Notes: generated by a model from the letters alone, not told the origin. Shown: positions 10,691 through 21,089, counted from the stretch's first letter. The stretch: 64,000 bases of DNA from Rhodospirillaceae bacterium (GCA_038114465.1 JAYNQW010000004.1:25528-89527), one strand, 5' to 3'. Program-made: numbers and translations.

Positions 10691-10887
10691 ATCCGTCTTT
10701 CTAGCCCCGAACCCTTGCGGTTTCCTGACCAAATCAAGGTCGTAAATTAGGGCAATTCCCGTATTTTCCAGGAATCGCCCGGTTATCAGCCTTACATCAT
10801 CACAAGCTCTATTACATTATAACCTTGATTTCACGGCAATTTTTCACAAGTTTGTCGGTAACAACCGATCTGACCAGGACCATTGGC

Positions 10888-11862
10888 ATGCGCCAACTCA
10901 AAATCGCCATACTTTTACCTTGCTTCAACGAAGAGCTGACCATCGCCGACGTCGTTAAAAGCTTTCAACAAGCGGTGCCAGGAAGTGTTGTTTATGTCTA
11001 CGACAACGCTTCAACCGATCAAACTGCAGCCCGCGCCCAAGAAGCTGGTGCCCTCGTTGCCCATGAAAATAGGCGAGGCAAAGGAGAGGTTGTCCGTCGC
11101 ATGTTTGCCGATATCGATGCCGATATTTACGTGATGGCCGATGGCGACGGCACATATGATGCCTCATATGCGCCGCAACTCATCGATAAATTGACGAGTA
11201 AAAATCTCGATATGGTTGTCGGCACCCGGCAAGAAACAGCCGAAGAACAGGATGGCGACGCTTACCGGCGCGGTCACCGGTTCGGCAATCGTTTATTCAA
11301 TTGGTTCGTCGCTTTGCTATTTTCACGTCAATTTTCAGATATTTTTTCCGGATATCGCGTCTTTTCGCGCCGTTTCGTTAAATCGTATCCGGCATTTGCA
11401 AAAGGTTTCGAAATTGAAACAGAGATGACAATCCATAGCCTCGATCTTCGCATACCGGTTGCCGAGTTTCCGACACCTTACAAAGCGCGGCCGGAAGGAT
11501 CAGAAAGCAAACTCAACAGCATCACCGACGGCTTTAGAATTCTCGGCACGATCTTCATGCTTTTAAAAGAAACGAAACCGATTCAGTTTTTCACGGCTTT
11601 ATTCATTCTCTTCGCCGCGACATCCGTTGCTCTGGCCGTACCGCTTTTTATTTCCTACCTTGAAACCGGCTTAGTTCCGCGTCTTCCCACTGCTGTTCTA
11701 ACGACAGGTATTATGTTGGTCGGCGTCGTTTGCTTTATTTGCGGCCTTATTCTCGACAGTGTCAGCCGGGGCCGCCGCGAGGCGAAGCTCCTGCGTTATC
11801 TATCAATTCCATGTATCCAAGAAGACCTCAAAGGCGGTCGAGACGCGAAAGTTGACACCTAA
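10888..11862 (+). CDS. Family 2 glycosyltransferase with C-terminal transmembrane segments
   Basis: The GT2 N-terminus is present (KIAILLPCFNEELTI...YVYDNASTDQT...MADGDGTYD), and two hydrophobic helices lie near the C-terminus. The ATG at 10888 is preferred over the TTG at 10825. Confidence 0.8.
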   Translation: MRQLKIAILLPCFNEELTIADVVKSFQQAVPGSVVYVYDNASTDQTAARAQEAGALVAHENRRGKGEVVRRMFADIDADIYVMADGDGTYDASYAPQLIDKLTSKNLDMVVGTRQETAEEQDGDAYRRGHRFGNRLFNWFVALLFSRQFSDIFSGYRVFSRRFVKSYPAFAKGFEIETEMTIHSLDLRIPVAEFPTPYKARPEGSESKLNSITDGFRILGTIFMLLKETKPIQFFTALFILFAATSVALAVPLFISYLETGLVPRLPTAVLTTGIMLVGVVCFICGLILDSVSRGRREAKLLRYLSIPCIQEDLKGGRDAKVDT

Positions 11863-11971
11863 GGCCCAAAACCCCATCATCTTTGCCGGTAACTCTCTCA
11901 ACTCCCTGTAGAATCGGCTTCGATGGCGAGTTCGTCATAATTTATCAATCTTTGTACTGTAGTTTGCCCAA

Positions 11972-12571
11972 ATGAAAATTGCTTTTTACTTATTCTTAGC
12001 CATTGGCGTTCTGATCACACCCGCAGCGACAGCGCGGGCAAACGATGCGCTTATTAATGCCGTGTCCTATGAAAAATTTGGTCAAGACCTACCGATTTCA
12101 GTTCGGCCGTTGGATAATTCGGACATTAACTTAGCCCTGCAAAAAACAATCGAAGATTCTTTACGGGCAAAAGGATACACAGTACTCGATAACGCTGGAT
12201 TGGTTTTTTCCTTTGATACAGAGAACGAATCAGGCGCGTGGTCAAATGCGGGAGACCGACAGCTCATTGAATTAAAGAATCAGGATGGAACACCGCACTC
12301 TAACAATCCGGAGGTTCGCCTCAACCTTTTCAACAGCAGCCGTGGCGGTGTTTTTAACCCTGGGCGTCCCGGCACATCGCAGGTAACGCCGACAATTTAC
12401 CGCCTCAACGCGACCCTCGAAAACAGCGCCAATGGACAACGGCTGTGGGAGGGATGGACCAAGGCAGAACTGGGCCTCGCCGACGAGGCAACCCTTTCAA
12501 GGGCCATGGTGCCGATCCTCCTGAACGCATTAGGCAAAACCATCCGTCAGAAAAAAACTAGTCTCTACTGA
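11972..12571 (+). CDS. Hypothetical secreted protein
   Basis: 199-aa ORF with an N-terminal signal peptide (MKIAFYLFLAIGVLITPAATARA). No family was recognised. Confidence 0.55.
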   Translation: MKIAFYLFLAIGVLITPAATARANDALINAVSYEKFGQDLPISVRPLDNSDINLALQKTIEDSLRAKGYTVLDNAGLVFSFDTENESGAWSNAGDRQLIELKNQDGTPHSNNPEVRLNLFNSSRGGVFNPGRPGTSQVTPTIYRLNATLENSANGQRLWEGWTKAELGLADEATLSRAMVPILLNALGKTIRQKKTSLY

Positions 12572-12679
12572 CATCCTTTCACCTTTCGGCATAATCACGC
12601 TATGATCGGTTCCTACCGGCGGCACCATATTTGTGTGAAGACACCCTATTTACGTTTAACCCTCTTTTGAACCTCAGCC

Positions 12680-13903
12680 ATGCCAAATAATTCTGAAAAA
12701 GCACTTCTTCCCGCAGGACTTAGCGACGTGTTGCCGCCCTATGCCCGCCATGAAGCCGCGGTTCAGGAAAATATTTTGTCGGCATTCGCATTGTACGGGT
12801 ATGAACGGGTCAAGCCCCCGCTGATCGAGTTTGAAGATAATTTGCTGAGTGGCATCGGCACGGCGATGGCCGAGCAAACCTTTCGACTGATGGATCCTGT
12901 TTCACAACGCATGATGGGGCTGCGCGCCGATATGACCCTGCAGGTCGCCCGTATTGCAGCAAGCCGTTTGTACAAACAACACCGCCCGCTTCGGCTGAGT
13001 TATGCCGGTCAGGTTTTGCGTGTCAAAGGCACCCAATTACGGCCGGAAAGGCAATTTGGACAGGTCGGCGCCGAATTAATCGGTGATGACTCCGTTGCAG
13101 CCGATGCCGAGGTCATCTGTATGGCGACGGAGGCGCTTAATTCGATTGGCGTGTCGGACCTCTCCGTTGATTTGTGCATGCCGACGCTGGTACCGGCCGT
13201 TTATAAAAATAAAACAATTTCAGAAAAGACAGCGCAAAAATTGCGCCAATCACTCGACAGCAAAGATATTGCCGGCGTCCGATCGCTCAGCAAAGAACTC
13301 GGTAAATCGACGACAAATATAATAGCCCAAATGTTAACGGCAGCCGGCACAGCTGATGATTCTCTCAACGCCTTAAAAAAACTTAAGTTGCCCAAGCCGG
13401 CCGCGGCAGAGTTATCCCGCTTAATGGCGACGGTTAAGGCTATCCGCCAGCTCACACCGGCATTAACATTGACGATCGATCCCGTCGAAAACCGCGGCTT
13501 CGAATACCACACAGGCGTGACGTTTACCCTTTTTGCCAAAGGCGCCCGGGGCGAATTGGGCAGTGGCGGACGCTATTTGACCGGCAACGGGAGCGACCGG
13601 CAAGAGGCAGCAACAGGGCTTACCCTGTTTATGGATACCATCCTGCGTGCGGCACCTGTTCAGGCTGAGCCGAATCGGCTGTATTTACCGCACGGCACCT
13701 CACCTGACGTAGCTAACGCCTTCCGTTCCCAAGGCTGGGTTACCATTGCGGCATTGAAGCGTGCCGCAAAACCTGAAATAGATGCAAAAAAGATGAACTG
13801 CACGCATATGTTATCCAAAGGTGCACCCGTTTCATTGAAACAAAAAAAGAGTTCAAAAAAAACGGCGCATAAATCAAAACGCAAAAGGGCAAGGAGCCAA
13901 TAA
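12680..13903 (+). CDS. hisZ: ATP phosphoribosyltransferase regulatory subunit (HisRS-like) with a K/R-rich C-terminal extension
   Basis: The HisZ/HisS-like N-terminus is present (LLPAGLSDVLPPYARHEAAVQENILSAFALYGYERVKPPLIEFED; FRLMDPVSQRMMGLRADMT; RLSYAGQVLR). No anticodon-binding domain is present. The tail reads KQKKSSKKTAHKSKRKRARSQ. Confidence 0.8.
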   Translation: MPNNSEKALLPAGLSDVLPPYARHEAAVQENILSAFALYGYERVKPPLIEFEDNLLSGIGTAMAEQTFRLMDPVSQRMMGLRADMTLQVARIAASRLYKQHRPLRLSYAGQVLRVKGTQLRPERQFGQVGAELIGDDSVAADAEVICMATEALNSIGVSDLSVDLCMPTLVPAVYKNKTISEKTAQKLRQSLDSKDIAGVRSLSKELGKSTTNIIAQMLTAAGTADDSLNALKKLKLPKPAAAELSRLMATVKAIRQLTPALTLTIDPVENRGFEYHTGVTFTLFAKGARGELGSGGRYLTGNGSDRQEAATGLTLFMDTILRAAPVQAEPNRLYLPHGTSPDVANAFRSQGWVTIAALKRAAKPEIDAKKMNCTHMLSKGAPVSLKQKKSSKKTAHKSKRKRARSQ

Positions 13904-13906
13904 TTC

Positions 13907-15199
13907 ATGGCTAACGTTGTTGTTGTCGGATCCCAATGGGGGGATGAAGGAAAAGGAAAAATTGTCGATTGGCTCTCCGAACGGGCCGATGTCGTGGTGC
14001 GCTTCCAAGGCGGCCATAACGCCGGGCATACGCTCGTTATCGACGGTGTAACGTATAAATTAAGCCTGTTGCCGTCAGGCGTGGTCCGCGGTGGCAAGCT
14101 CTCGATTATCGGCAACGGTGTCGTCCTGGACCCCTGGGCGTTTATTGAGGAGGTTGAAACCATTAAAGGGCAAGGTGTTGATGTGACACCGGACTCAGTC
14201 TGCATCGCTGAAAATGCACCGCTCATCTTATCCCTTCACCGCAATCTCGATCAGGCACGCGAGCAAGCCCTTGGTAAAGCCAAAATCGGAACAACAGGCA
14301 GAGGCATCGGCCCGGCCTACGAAGATAAGATAGCCCGCCGAGCGATACGGGTCGGCGACCTGGCGGAACCGGAAGTGCTACAAGATAAAGTCGACAAAAT
14401 GTTATTTCATCACAATGCGCTGCTACGCGGCCTCGGGATGCCTGAAATTGACCCCAATGAGCTGATGAACGATCTTCATGAAATCGCGCCAAAAATTTTA
14501 CCTTATGCCGATAGTGTTTGGAAAAGACTCAACAGCGCCCGGCGCAACGGGCAGAGAATTTTATTTGAAGGTGCACAAGGGACGATGCTCGATATCGACC
14601 ACGGGACCTACCCTTTTGTCACTTCATCAAACACGGTCGCCGGACAAGCCGCCGTTGGTTCCGGGCAAGGCCCCGGCGCTATTGATTATGTGCTTGGCAT
14701 TTCCAAAGCTTACACGACGCGTGTCGGCAGCGGGCCGTTCCCGACGGAGCTTGAAGACGAAATCGGCCAACGAATTGGAGAACGTGGCCATGAGTTCGGC
14801 ACCGTCACCGGACGCCCACGGCGTTGCGGCTGGTTTGATGCCGTCCTCGTACGCCAAGCGGTCAAGGTTAACGGCATTAACGGCATTGCCTTAACAAAAA
14901 TGGATGTATTGGACGGTGAAAAAGAATTGAAAGTGTGTGTCGGGTACCGTTTGGACGGACAAACCATCGACCACTTTCCGGCATCTTCAATCGGCCAAGC
15001 CCGGGTCGAACCCATCTATGAAACCCATGAAGGTTGGTCAGAAAGCACCCAAGGCGCGCGTTCATGGGCCGATTTACCAGCTACGGCTGTAAAATATGTC
15101 CGCCGTATCGAAGAGCTAATCGAGGCGCCCGTTGCCCTACTTTCCACAAGCCCGGAACGGGACGATACGATATTGGTCCATGACCCGTTTGAGGACTAA
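13907..15199 (+). CDS. purA: Adenylosuccinate synthetase
   Basis: 430 aa with the canonical N-terminus ([17 protein letters not shown]) and the motifs [14 protein letters not shown] and [14 protein letters not shown]. Confidence 0.97.
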   Translation: MANVVVVGSQWGDEGKGKIVDWLSERADVVVRFQGGHNAGHTLVIDGVTYKLSLLPSGVVRGGKLSIIGNGVVLDPWAFIEEVETIKGQGVDVTPDSVCIAENAPLILSLHRNLDQAREQALGKAKIGTTGRGIGPAYEDKIARRAIRVGDLAEPEVLQDKVDKMLFHHNALLRGLGMPEIDPNELMNDLHEIAPKILPYADSVWKRLNSARRNGQRILFEGAQGTMLDIDHGTYPFVTSSNTVAGQAAVGSGQGPGAIDYVLGISKAYTTRVGSGPFPTELEDEIGQRIGERGHEFGTVTGRPRRCGWFDAVLVRQAVKVNGINGIALTKMDVLDGEKELKVCVGYRLDGQTIDHFPASSIGQARVEPIYETHEGWSESTQGARSWADLPATAVKYVRRIEELIEAPVALLSTSPERDDTILVHDPFED

Positions 15200-15373
15200 G
15201 CCCTATTGGTCCTGATTTAGACGCTGGGCTGGTTAATTCGCAAAAAAATTAACCAAGAAATTCTCCGGAAATCCGGGAAAAATTCGATTTTTATAATGGA
15301 ATATTGTCTTAATCGCCGGGGATGATTAAGATTCAGGCCATATACGAGCATTGCTAGGCGGTAAGGGATCAGA

Positions 15374-17509
15374 ATGATGGCCGATACGCCCGCAGAAGCT
15401 AAGCAAATGGCCGAGTCAGCGAAGGCGCCGGAGACCAATGAGTCTGCCGGTAAGCCGGATGATAAAACTGCAGAAAAACCTACAGCGCCTGTGAACGCGC
15501 AGACGAAGTCTGTGCGGCCTATTGTGCTGAATGAAAATTTCCTCATTAATCCTGCTGAGCCGTTCGAAACACTCGATACACAAACGGCAAAGGCCTATTA
15601 CGCTGAAGACAAGCGTGACCCAGGCCGAAAACTATATGCACTGATTTGCGATCCAAACATCCCGGTCAGAATGAATGTCTTAGATTCCATCAAAGGGGCA
15701 ACCCTGCGCGGCATGCTATCGCTAGTTTCATCAGGACCGGTCAAGTGGGCACCACAACGTAGAAAATGCATGGCCCTCATTTACGAACGTCCCCTCGGTG
15801 GCCCGGTCATAAAAGACGGTGTCAAACAATTGTCTCACATCAGCGAGTATGACTTTCCCGGGTTTATCTTCCGCCCTTTAATTCGCGCCATTAGCGAGCT
15901 CGAATCACGCGGCTACGCTCACAGAGCCATTCATCCCTCAAATCTCTATTTTTTCGATGAAGCCAAGGAACAAATCGTATTGGGTGATTGCTTAACGGCG
16001 CCGCCTGGCTTTACACAGCCTGTTTTGTACGAAACCATTCCCAATGGAATGGCCGATCCGAATGGCCGCAGCGAAGGCAGCGCCAACGATGATGTATATA
16101 CACTTGGAAGCACCATCGTCTTTTTACTTGTGGATTCACACCCAACCGATCGTTTGTCAGATGATCAAGTGTTGGCCGCAAAAATTGAAAAAGGGACGTT
16201 CTCGCTATTCTGTACCAACACACGGATCCCCGCCCCGTTGTTAGAGCCGCTGCGCGGCATATTGAACGATGACTCATCGCTGCGCTGGGGCGTTAGAGAA
16301 ATAGACGGCTGGCTCAACGGCATCAAGCAAGCAAACCCGCAACGCAAGCCCACAGAGAAAGGTGATTTGCCTTACGAATTTATGCATTACGAGCATGTTT
16401 CTCCGCGCACGATTGCCCTCGCTTTTTCAAAAAACGTCCCTGAGGCGATCGCAGCGCTAAAGGACGGCGAGCTTGTATCCTGGGTCCGCCGGATACTTCA
16501 CAATCCTTCTCTTTCAGAAGCGATCGCCGGCATTGTCGACGGCAGGAAACCAGCGGGAGATGATATAACCGCCAGTGATGAATTTATCATCGCAAAAGTC
16601 TGTATCCTTTTAGACCCTAGCGCGCCCATCCGATACAAAGGAATGTCGTTTATGCCGGAAAGCATCGGCATGAAGTACGCAATGGAGTTATTGGCAAAGA
16701 ACGATCTGAATAAAATTACAGAGCTCGTTCAGAGCGGATTACCGGAATTTTGGATTGCCGCGCAACCCGGACCGCCTAATTCTGCGCGGCTGAAATTTCT
16801 GCATAAACTTTACAACCAAGCACAAAGCTTCCTCGGCATTAACGAATATGGCTTCGGTATTGAACGTTGTATTTATGAGTTTAATGATGGCATTCATTGC
16901 TTAAGTCCCTTGCTGAGATCTGATTACGTTATCGATATCGAAAATCTTCTGCCGGCGCTCGACGAAGTGGCAAACCGGATCGACCCGAAACACCTGCCAG
17001 TCGACCGGCACATCGCCTCATTTGTTGTGACCCAACATAATCAAAGCATTGACCCTCACTTAAAAGCGTTATCCAGTTCAAGAATATCGACGAAACTGGT
17101 AGGTGTCCTCAGTGTCTTGGCCTTGCTGCAATGGCGTCATAAACCCGGCCCGCTCTATGGTCTGGTTAGCTGGGTGGGCGGATTGCTGGGCCCCGTGATC
17201 AATACCTATCACAGCCGGACGACGCGGCGCGAAATCGAGCGTGAAGTGCCCAGGCTTGTCCGTAAAGGCAATTTACTGGATTTATTTGATCTGATTGATA
17301 ACATCGAAAGACGACAGACAGATAATACCGACTTTCATGAAGCAAAAAGCCAGTACAACGAAGCCGAACATGAGATTAAGGAAATTGAATCCAATTCGGC
17401 AGCACGAAGACGACTATATGAGAACAAAGGACAGCAATTTGCTGCCATGTCTTCCATGTTTATCGCGATGATGATCATTATGATCTTCCTCGTCTTGGAA
17501 ACAGTTTAG
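15374..17509 (+). CDS. Protein-kinase-like (probable pseudokinase) protein with coiled-coil region and C-terminal membrane anchor
   Basis: The kinase-like core has substituted catalytic motifs. HRAIHPSN (15920-15943) stands in place of HRDxKxxN, and GDC (15983-15991) stands in place of DFG. A DDVYTLGSTIVFLL subdomain-IX-like segment is present. The C-terminal hydrophobic helix is FAAMSSMFIAMMIIMIFLVL. Confidence 0.55.
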   Translation: MMADTPAEAKQMAESAKAPETNESAGKPDDKTAEKPTAPVNAQTKSVRPIVLNENFLINPAEPFETLDTQTAKAYYAEDKRDPGRKLYALICDPNIPVRMNVLDSIKGATLRGMLSLVSSGPVKWAPQRRKCMALIYERPLGGPVIKDGVKQLSHISEYDFPGFIFRPLIRAISELESRGYAHRAIHPSNLYFFDEAKEQIVLGDCLTAPPGFTQPVLYETIPNGMADPNGRSEGSANDDVYTLGSTIVFLLVDSHPTDRLSDDQVLAAKIEKGTFSLFCTNTRIPAPLLEPLRGILNDDSSLRWGVREIDGWLNGIKQANPQRKPTEKGDLPYEFMHYEHVSPRTIALAFSKNVPEAIAALKDGELVSWVRRILHNPSLSEAIAGIVDGRKPAGDDITASDEFIIAKVCILLDPSAPIRYKGMSFMPESIGMKYAMELLAKNDLNKITELVQSGLPEFWIAAQPGPPNSARLKFLHKLYNQAQSFLGINEYGFGIERCIYEFNDGIHCLSPLLRSDYVIDIENLLPALDEVANRIDPKHLPVDRHIASFVVTQHNQSIDPHLKALSSSRISTKLVGVLSVLALLQWRHKPGPLYGLVSWVGGLLGPVINTYHSRTTRREIEREVPRLVRKGNLLDLFDLIDNIERRQTDNTDFHEAKSQYNEAEHEIKEIESNSAARRRLYENKGQQFAAMSSMFIAMMIIMIFLVLETV

Positions 17510-17524
17510 CGAGTGTGAAGTAAG

Positions 17525-18187
17525 ATGGCGACGGATATACCCGAAACCGAACAGACAGCGGGCCAGTCGAAGAAATATACACCGCGCATGAAGTTAGGGA
17601 TGATTCTCGCCCTGCTCACGGTGATGTTTTTCTCGACGTCCAGCCTGCTATTGATCTTCTTCGCCATGCTGCCGACATTTGTCGCCTATGTTATTGATCG
17701 TTCCTATAATCGCTCGAATACGATTTGCGTCGGTGCGGCTAATTTATGCGGTGTGTTTCCGTTTTTACTTGAATTGTGGCTCGGCCAACATTCGATTGCC
17801 GGCGCCATCATTATTCTGACAAATCTCTTTAATATCGCCATCATGTATTTTGCCGCTGCGTTTGGCTGGATGCTGTTTATAGCAGTACCCCCTGTGGTCG
17901 TGTCTGTTCAACGGGTCTTTGATCAACATCACGTTGTGAACCTAAAGGCTCAACAGAGAAAATTGCTTGAAGAATGGAGTAAGGCGGTGGCTGAAGACGT
18001 TAAGGATTCAGCTGTCTTAAAAGAGACGTTGGCAAAATCATCAGACAAAAAAACCGATAAAGGCAAAGCCGATCCGAAAGTTTCGGCATCCGAACTTGCG
18101 AATACACCGCCGAACGCGGGACAACCGGTGCCGCCGACACCACCGCCTGCAAACGGTGCCCCACCGTCGCCTCAACCCACAGCTTAA
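17525..18187 (+). CDS. Hypothetical polytopic membrane protein with proline-rich C-terminus
   Basis: 220-aa ORF starting 15 nt after the preceding gene. It has about 4 predicted TM helices and the tail PPNAGQPVPPTPPPANGAPPSPQP. A terminator follows. Confidence 0.6.
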   Translation: MATDIPETEQTAGQSKKYTPRMKLGMILALLTVMFFSTSSLLLIFFAMLPTFVAYVIDRSYNRSNTICVGAANLCGVFPFLLELWLGQHSIAGAIIILTNLFNIAIMYFAAAFGWMLFIAVPPVVVSVQRVFDQHHVVNLKAQQRKLLEEWSKAVAEDVKDSAVLKETLAKSSDKKTDKGKADPKVSASELANTPPNAGQPVPPTPPPANGAPPSPQPTA

Positions 18188-18200
18188 GTTTCAAACCACC

Positions 18201-18246
18201 AAAAAAACGAAGGCTTGAAAATATCAAGCCCTCGTTTCGTTTGAGT
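18201..18246. terminator. Bidirectional rho-independent terminator between convergent genes
   Basis: The core stem is GGCTTGA/TCAAGCC (18212-18218 / 18224-18230) with a 5-nt loop, and the stem is extendable. It is flanked by A7 on the left and TTTCGTTT on the right. Confidence 0.75.
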
Positions 18247-18273
18247 ATCCTCGAACATCTAACGGAGATGCGG

Positions 18274-19179
18274 TTAATTTGAATAGGATCGCCGGTCCAT
18301 AAATGTGTTTTTCACGCTCTTCTGTACTTTTTCGAAGGCCTTTACCTCGATCTGACGGACCCGCTCACGGGAAATGCCGTACTCCTGGCTCAAGTGCTCC
18401 AAGGTCCTCGGCGAATCTTTGAGGCGCCGCTCCGTAAAAATATGGCGCTCACGACCGGAAAGCTCCGACATGGCTTGCTTCAAAAGCTCGCGCCGGTCGC
18501 GTAACTCCTGAAACGTGCCCAACGTTTCTTCCTGACTCACCTCGCCGCTCTCAAGCCAGTCCTGCCATTCGCCCTCGCTTTCGTCATTCAGCGGTGCGTT
18601 TAATGAATGGTCCGGCTGGGTCAAACGGCGGTTCATGCTGATAACATCCGTTTCAGAGACCTGCAAAGCCGATGCGATCTTTTTGACATTCTCCGGGGAC
18701 AAATCACCTTCCTCAAGAGCCTGTATTTGCCCTTTAAGCTTGCGCAGGTTGAAAAACAGTTTTTTCTGTGATGCCGTCGTCCCCATTTTTACAAGCGACC
18801 AGGAATGCAAAATGTATTCCTGCATCGCTGCACGAATCCACCACATGGCATAGGTTGAAAACCGAAAGCCGCGCTCCGGGTCAAATCTGTTCAAAGCCTG
18901 CATCAGGCCGATATTGCCTTCCGAAATCAGCTCAGCCACAGGCAAACCATAACCGCGATAACCCATTGCGATTTTTGCAACCAATCTTAAGTGGCTTGTA
19001 ACAATTGTATCGCCGGCTTGGCTATCTTCATGGTCTCGCCAGCGCCGGGCAAGGGACTGCTCCTCTTCAGGCGCAAGCATCGGGTACCCGCGAATCGTTT
19101 GTAGATACCGGGTTAAATTTTGTTCGGGGGACACGTTATGTGCCGTTTGTTCTATGGTCGAAGACGTGGTCACGTTCAA
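18274..19179 (-). CDS. rpoH: RNA polymerase sigma-32 (heat-shock sigma factor)
   Basis: 301 aa. It has sigma-70 regions 2-4 (HLRLVAKIAMGYRGYGLPVAELISEGNIGLMQALNRFDPERGFRFSTYAMWWIR) and an RpoH-box-like segment (QKKLFFNLRKLK). Confidence 0.93.
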   Translation of the reverse strand: MNVTTSSTIEQTAHNVSPEQNLTRYLQTIRGYPMLAPEEEQSLARRWRDHEDSQAGDTIVTSHLRLVAKIAMGYRGYGLPVAELISEGNIGLMQALNRFDPERGFRFSTYAMWWIRAAMQEYILHSWSLVKMGTTASQKKLFFNLRKLKGQIQALEEGDLSPENVKKIASALQVSETDVISMNRRLTQPDHSLNAPLNDESEGEWQDWLESGEVSQEETLGTFQELRDRRELLKQAMSELSGRERHIFTERRLKDSPRTLEHLSQEYGISRERVRQIEVKAFEKVQKSVKNTFMDRRSYSN

Positions 19180-19335
19180 TGCTCCTTTCGTTACCGGTGT
19201 CTCCTCCCCCCGGTTTCCGCATGCCGTTTATTTTATTGAGCGTCATGCGACGAATGGATAGCGTGCTTCCTCTATATACTTGACTAATTTAGTCATGAAT
19301 AAGATAGCTAATTTAGACGGCGCTGTACAGAAAAA

Positions 19336-20319
19336 TTAAATTCCGTCTAAAAAATTCATTAACTCACTGTATTCTAATGGTATTTTTTCCTCAAATCGAA
19401 GTATTTCGCCGCTTTTCGGGTGCGTAAACCCGATCAAATATGCGTGAAGTGCCTGGCGTTTAAATGCCGCGATGCGTAGGCGGGCCTGGGGATCGATCTT
19501 GGGCAAAGCACGGCGCAAACCGCGGCTATAAAACGGATCACCAATCACCGGATGGCCGATATGAGAAAGATGGACGCGGATTTGATGCGTCCGGCCCGTT
19601 TCCAGCCGGCATTCGATAAGGCTGGCAACGCTCCCCACTCTTTGCACGACACGGTAATGGGTAAGGGCCGATTTTCCACCCCGGGTCACCACCGCCATTT
19701 TTTTCCGGTTTGTAGGGCTGCGTCCGATATTGCCCTCGATGCTTCCTCGCATCGGTTTCGGGGTTCCCCACACTAAGGCTTGATAAACGCGTTCGATACG
19801 ATGTTCGGCAAGTTGCGCCGATAGATGCTGATGGGCCTGATCATTTTTGGCCACTAACATCAGACCGCTGGTGTCTTTATCTAGGCGATGAACGATTCCG
19901 GGCCGTGTCACGCCGCCGATCCCGGAAAGGCTGTCACCGCAGTGGGCCAACAACGCATTCACCAGGGTGCCGTCAGCATGCCCGGCGGCCGGATGAACGA
20001 CAAGCCCGGCCGGCTTATTCACAACCAGCAAGTCATCATCTTCAAAGAGAATATCGAGCGGAATGTCTTGCGCCTGAGGGCGCGCCGGTTCGGCAGGCGG
20101 AACGGTAACGGCATATTCTTCTCCAGCCTGAACCCGGTGATCCGCCGAAAGATTTTGCGCCGAAGCTCTCAAAACCACATGACCGGCTTCAATGAGAGTT
20201 TTGATCCGGGTCCGAGATAAATCCGCCAAAGCATCCGCCAGAACGCGATCGAGCCGCGCACCGGTCTTGTCCTCGGGCACGACAACAGTATAAGGAGTAG
20301 GTAAATTCGATGTGTTCAT
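19336..20319 (-). CDS. rluD: RluA-family 23S rRNA pseudouridine synthase (RluD-like) with N-terminal S4 domain
   Basis: An S4-like segment (RLDRVLADALADLSRTRIKTLIEAGHVVL) and the catalytic motif HRLDKDTSGLMLVAK are present. The ATG at 20319 (MNTSNL) is preferred over 20349. Confidence 0.85.
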   Translation of the reverse strand: MNTSNLPTPYTVVVPEDKTGARLDRVLADALADLSRTRIKTLIEAGHVVLRASAQNLSADHRVQAGEEYAVTVPPAEPARPQAQDIPLDILFEDDDLLVVNKPAGLVVHPAAGHADGTLVNALLAHCGDSLSGIGGVTRPGIVHRLDKDTSGLMLVAKNDQAHQHLSAQLAEHRIERVYQALVWGTPKPMRGSIEGNIGRSPTNRKKMAVVTRGGKSALTHYRVVQRVGSVASLIECRLETGRTHQIRVHLSHIGHPVIGDPFYSRGLRRALPKIDPQARLRIAAFKRQALHAYLIGFTHPKSGEILRFEEKIPLEYSELMNFLDGI

Positions 20320-20334
20320 GCGCTCAATGAAAGA

Positions 20335-20658
20335 ATGAAAATGCTTCAAGCCCTTAAAGTACTCGTTATCGTAATGGCCGTCATTATCGCCGTTGGATTG
20401 GCCGCCTTAGGGTATGGCATGTACCAAAAAGCTAAGGAGCTTGGCACGGGTTCGAAGGAATCACTTCCGAAAAGCGGTAAATTTGAACAAACGCTGCCAA
20501 TTCCGCCAAACTGCCAAATCGCCGATATGAAACCGGACGGCAGCCGGCTTTATCTTCGTCTCGAACCGAAACAGGCGCCGGATCGCAAATGCGGCATGAT
20601 CCTGATCATCGATACGACGACAGGAACGTCAATGGGAACATTAAAGACTGAACCGTGA
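20335..20658 (+). CDS. Small membrane-anchored hypothetical protein
   Basis: 107-aa ORF with a single N-terminal TM helix (VLVIVMAVIIAVGLAALGYGM). Its stop overlaps the GTG start of the next gene (GTGA). Confidence 0.5.
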   Translation: MKMLQALKVLVIVMAVIIAVGLAALGYGMYQKAKELGTGSKESLPKSGKFEQTLPIPPNCQIADMKPDGSRLYLRLEPKQAPDRKCGMILIIDTTTGTSMGTLKTEP

Positions 20659-21089
20659 TCATCCTAACGCCCGAACAGCTGTCAGAAATCGAAGATGCCG
20701 CCACCGCTGCCTATCCGAAGGAAAGCTGTGGGCTGCTTATCGGACAACAACATTCAAAGAATTCACAAACCGTGACCCGGGTTGCTGTCAGCCCAAACAA
20801 AACCGAGAACGATACGCGCGATTCATTCGAAATTGACCCGCAGCTTCGTTTCGACATCATGCGTGAATTGAAAGATACATCAGAAGACATCGTCGGCCAT
20901 TTTCATTCTCATCCGAACGGACCGGCGCACCCCTCGGCACGCGATCTCGAACAAGCGTGGGAACCCGCACTTATTTGGGTTATCACATCAATAAAGGACG
21001 GCACCGTGGGGGAGACCGCTGCATTTCGTTACGATGAAAAAGAACGGCAATTTTCAAATTTTGAAATTGAAATTGCGGTGGGTCATTAA
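20655..21089 (+). CDS. JAB/MPN (Mov34) domain metalloprotease
   Basis: The JAMM motif HFHSHPNGPAHPSARD is present, with an upstream E (PKESCGLLIG). 144 aa. Confidence 0.8.
   Translation: MIILTPEQLSEIEDAATAAYPKESCGLLIGQQHSKNSQTVTRVAVSPNKTENDTRDSFEIDPQLRFDIMRELKDTSEDIVGHFHSHPNGPAHPSARDLEQAWEPALIWVITSIKDGTVGETAAFRYDEKERQFSNFEIEIAVGH

Noticed and set aside
15230-15255. A 9-bp inverted repeat TGGTTAATT/AATTAACCA after purA, considered as a terminator.
   Set aside because: The stem is AT-rich with no following U-tract, so it is not convincing as an intrinsic terminator. It may be incidental or a binding site.
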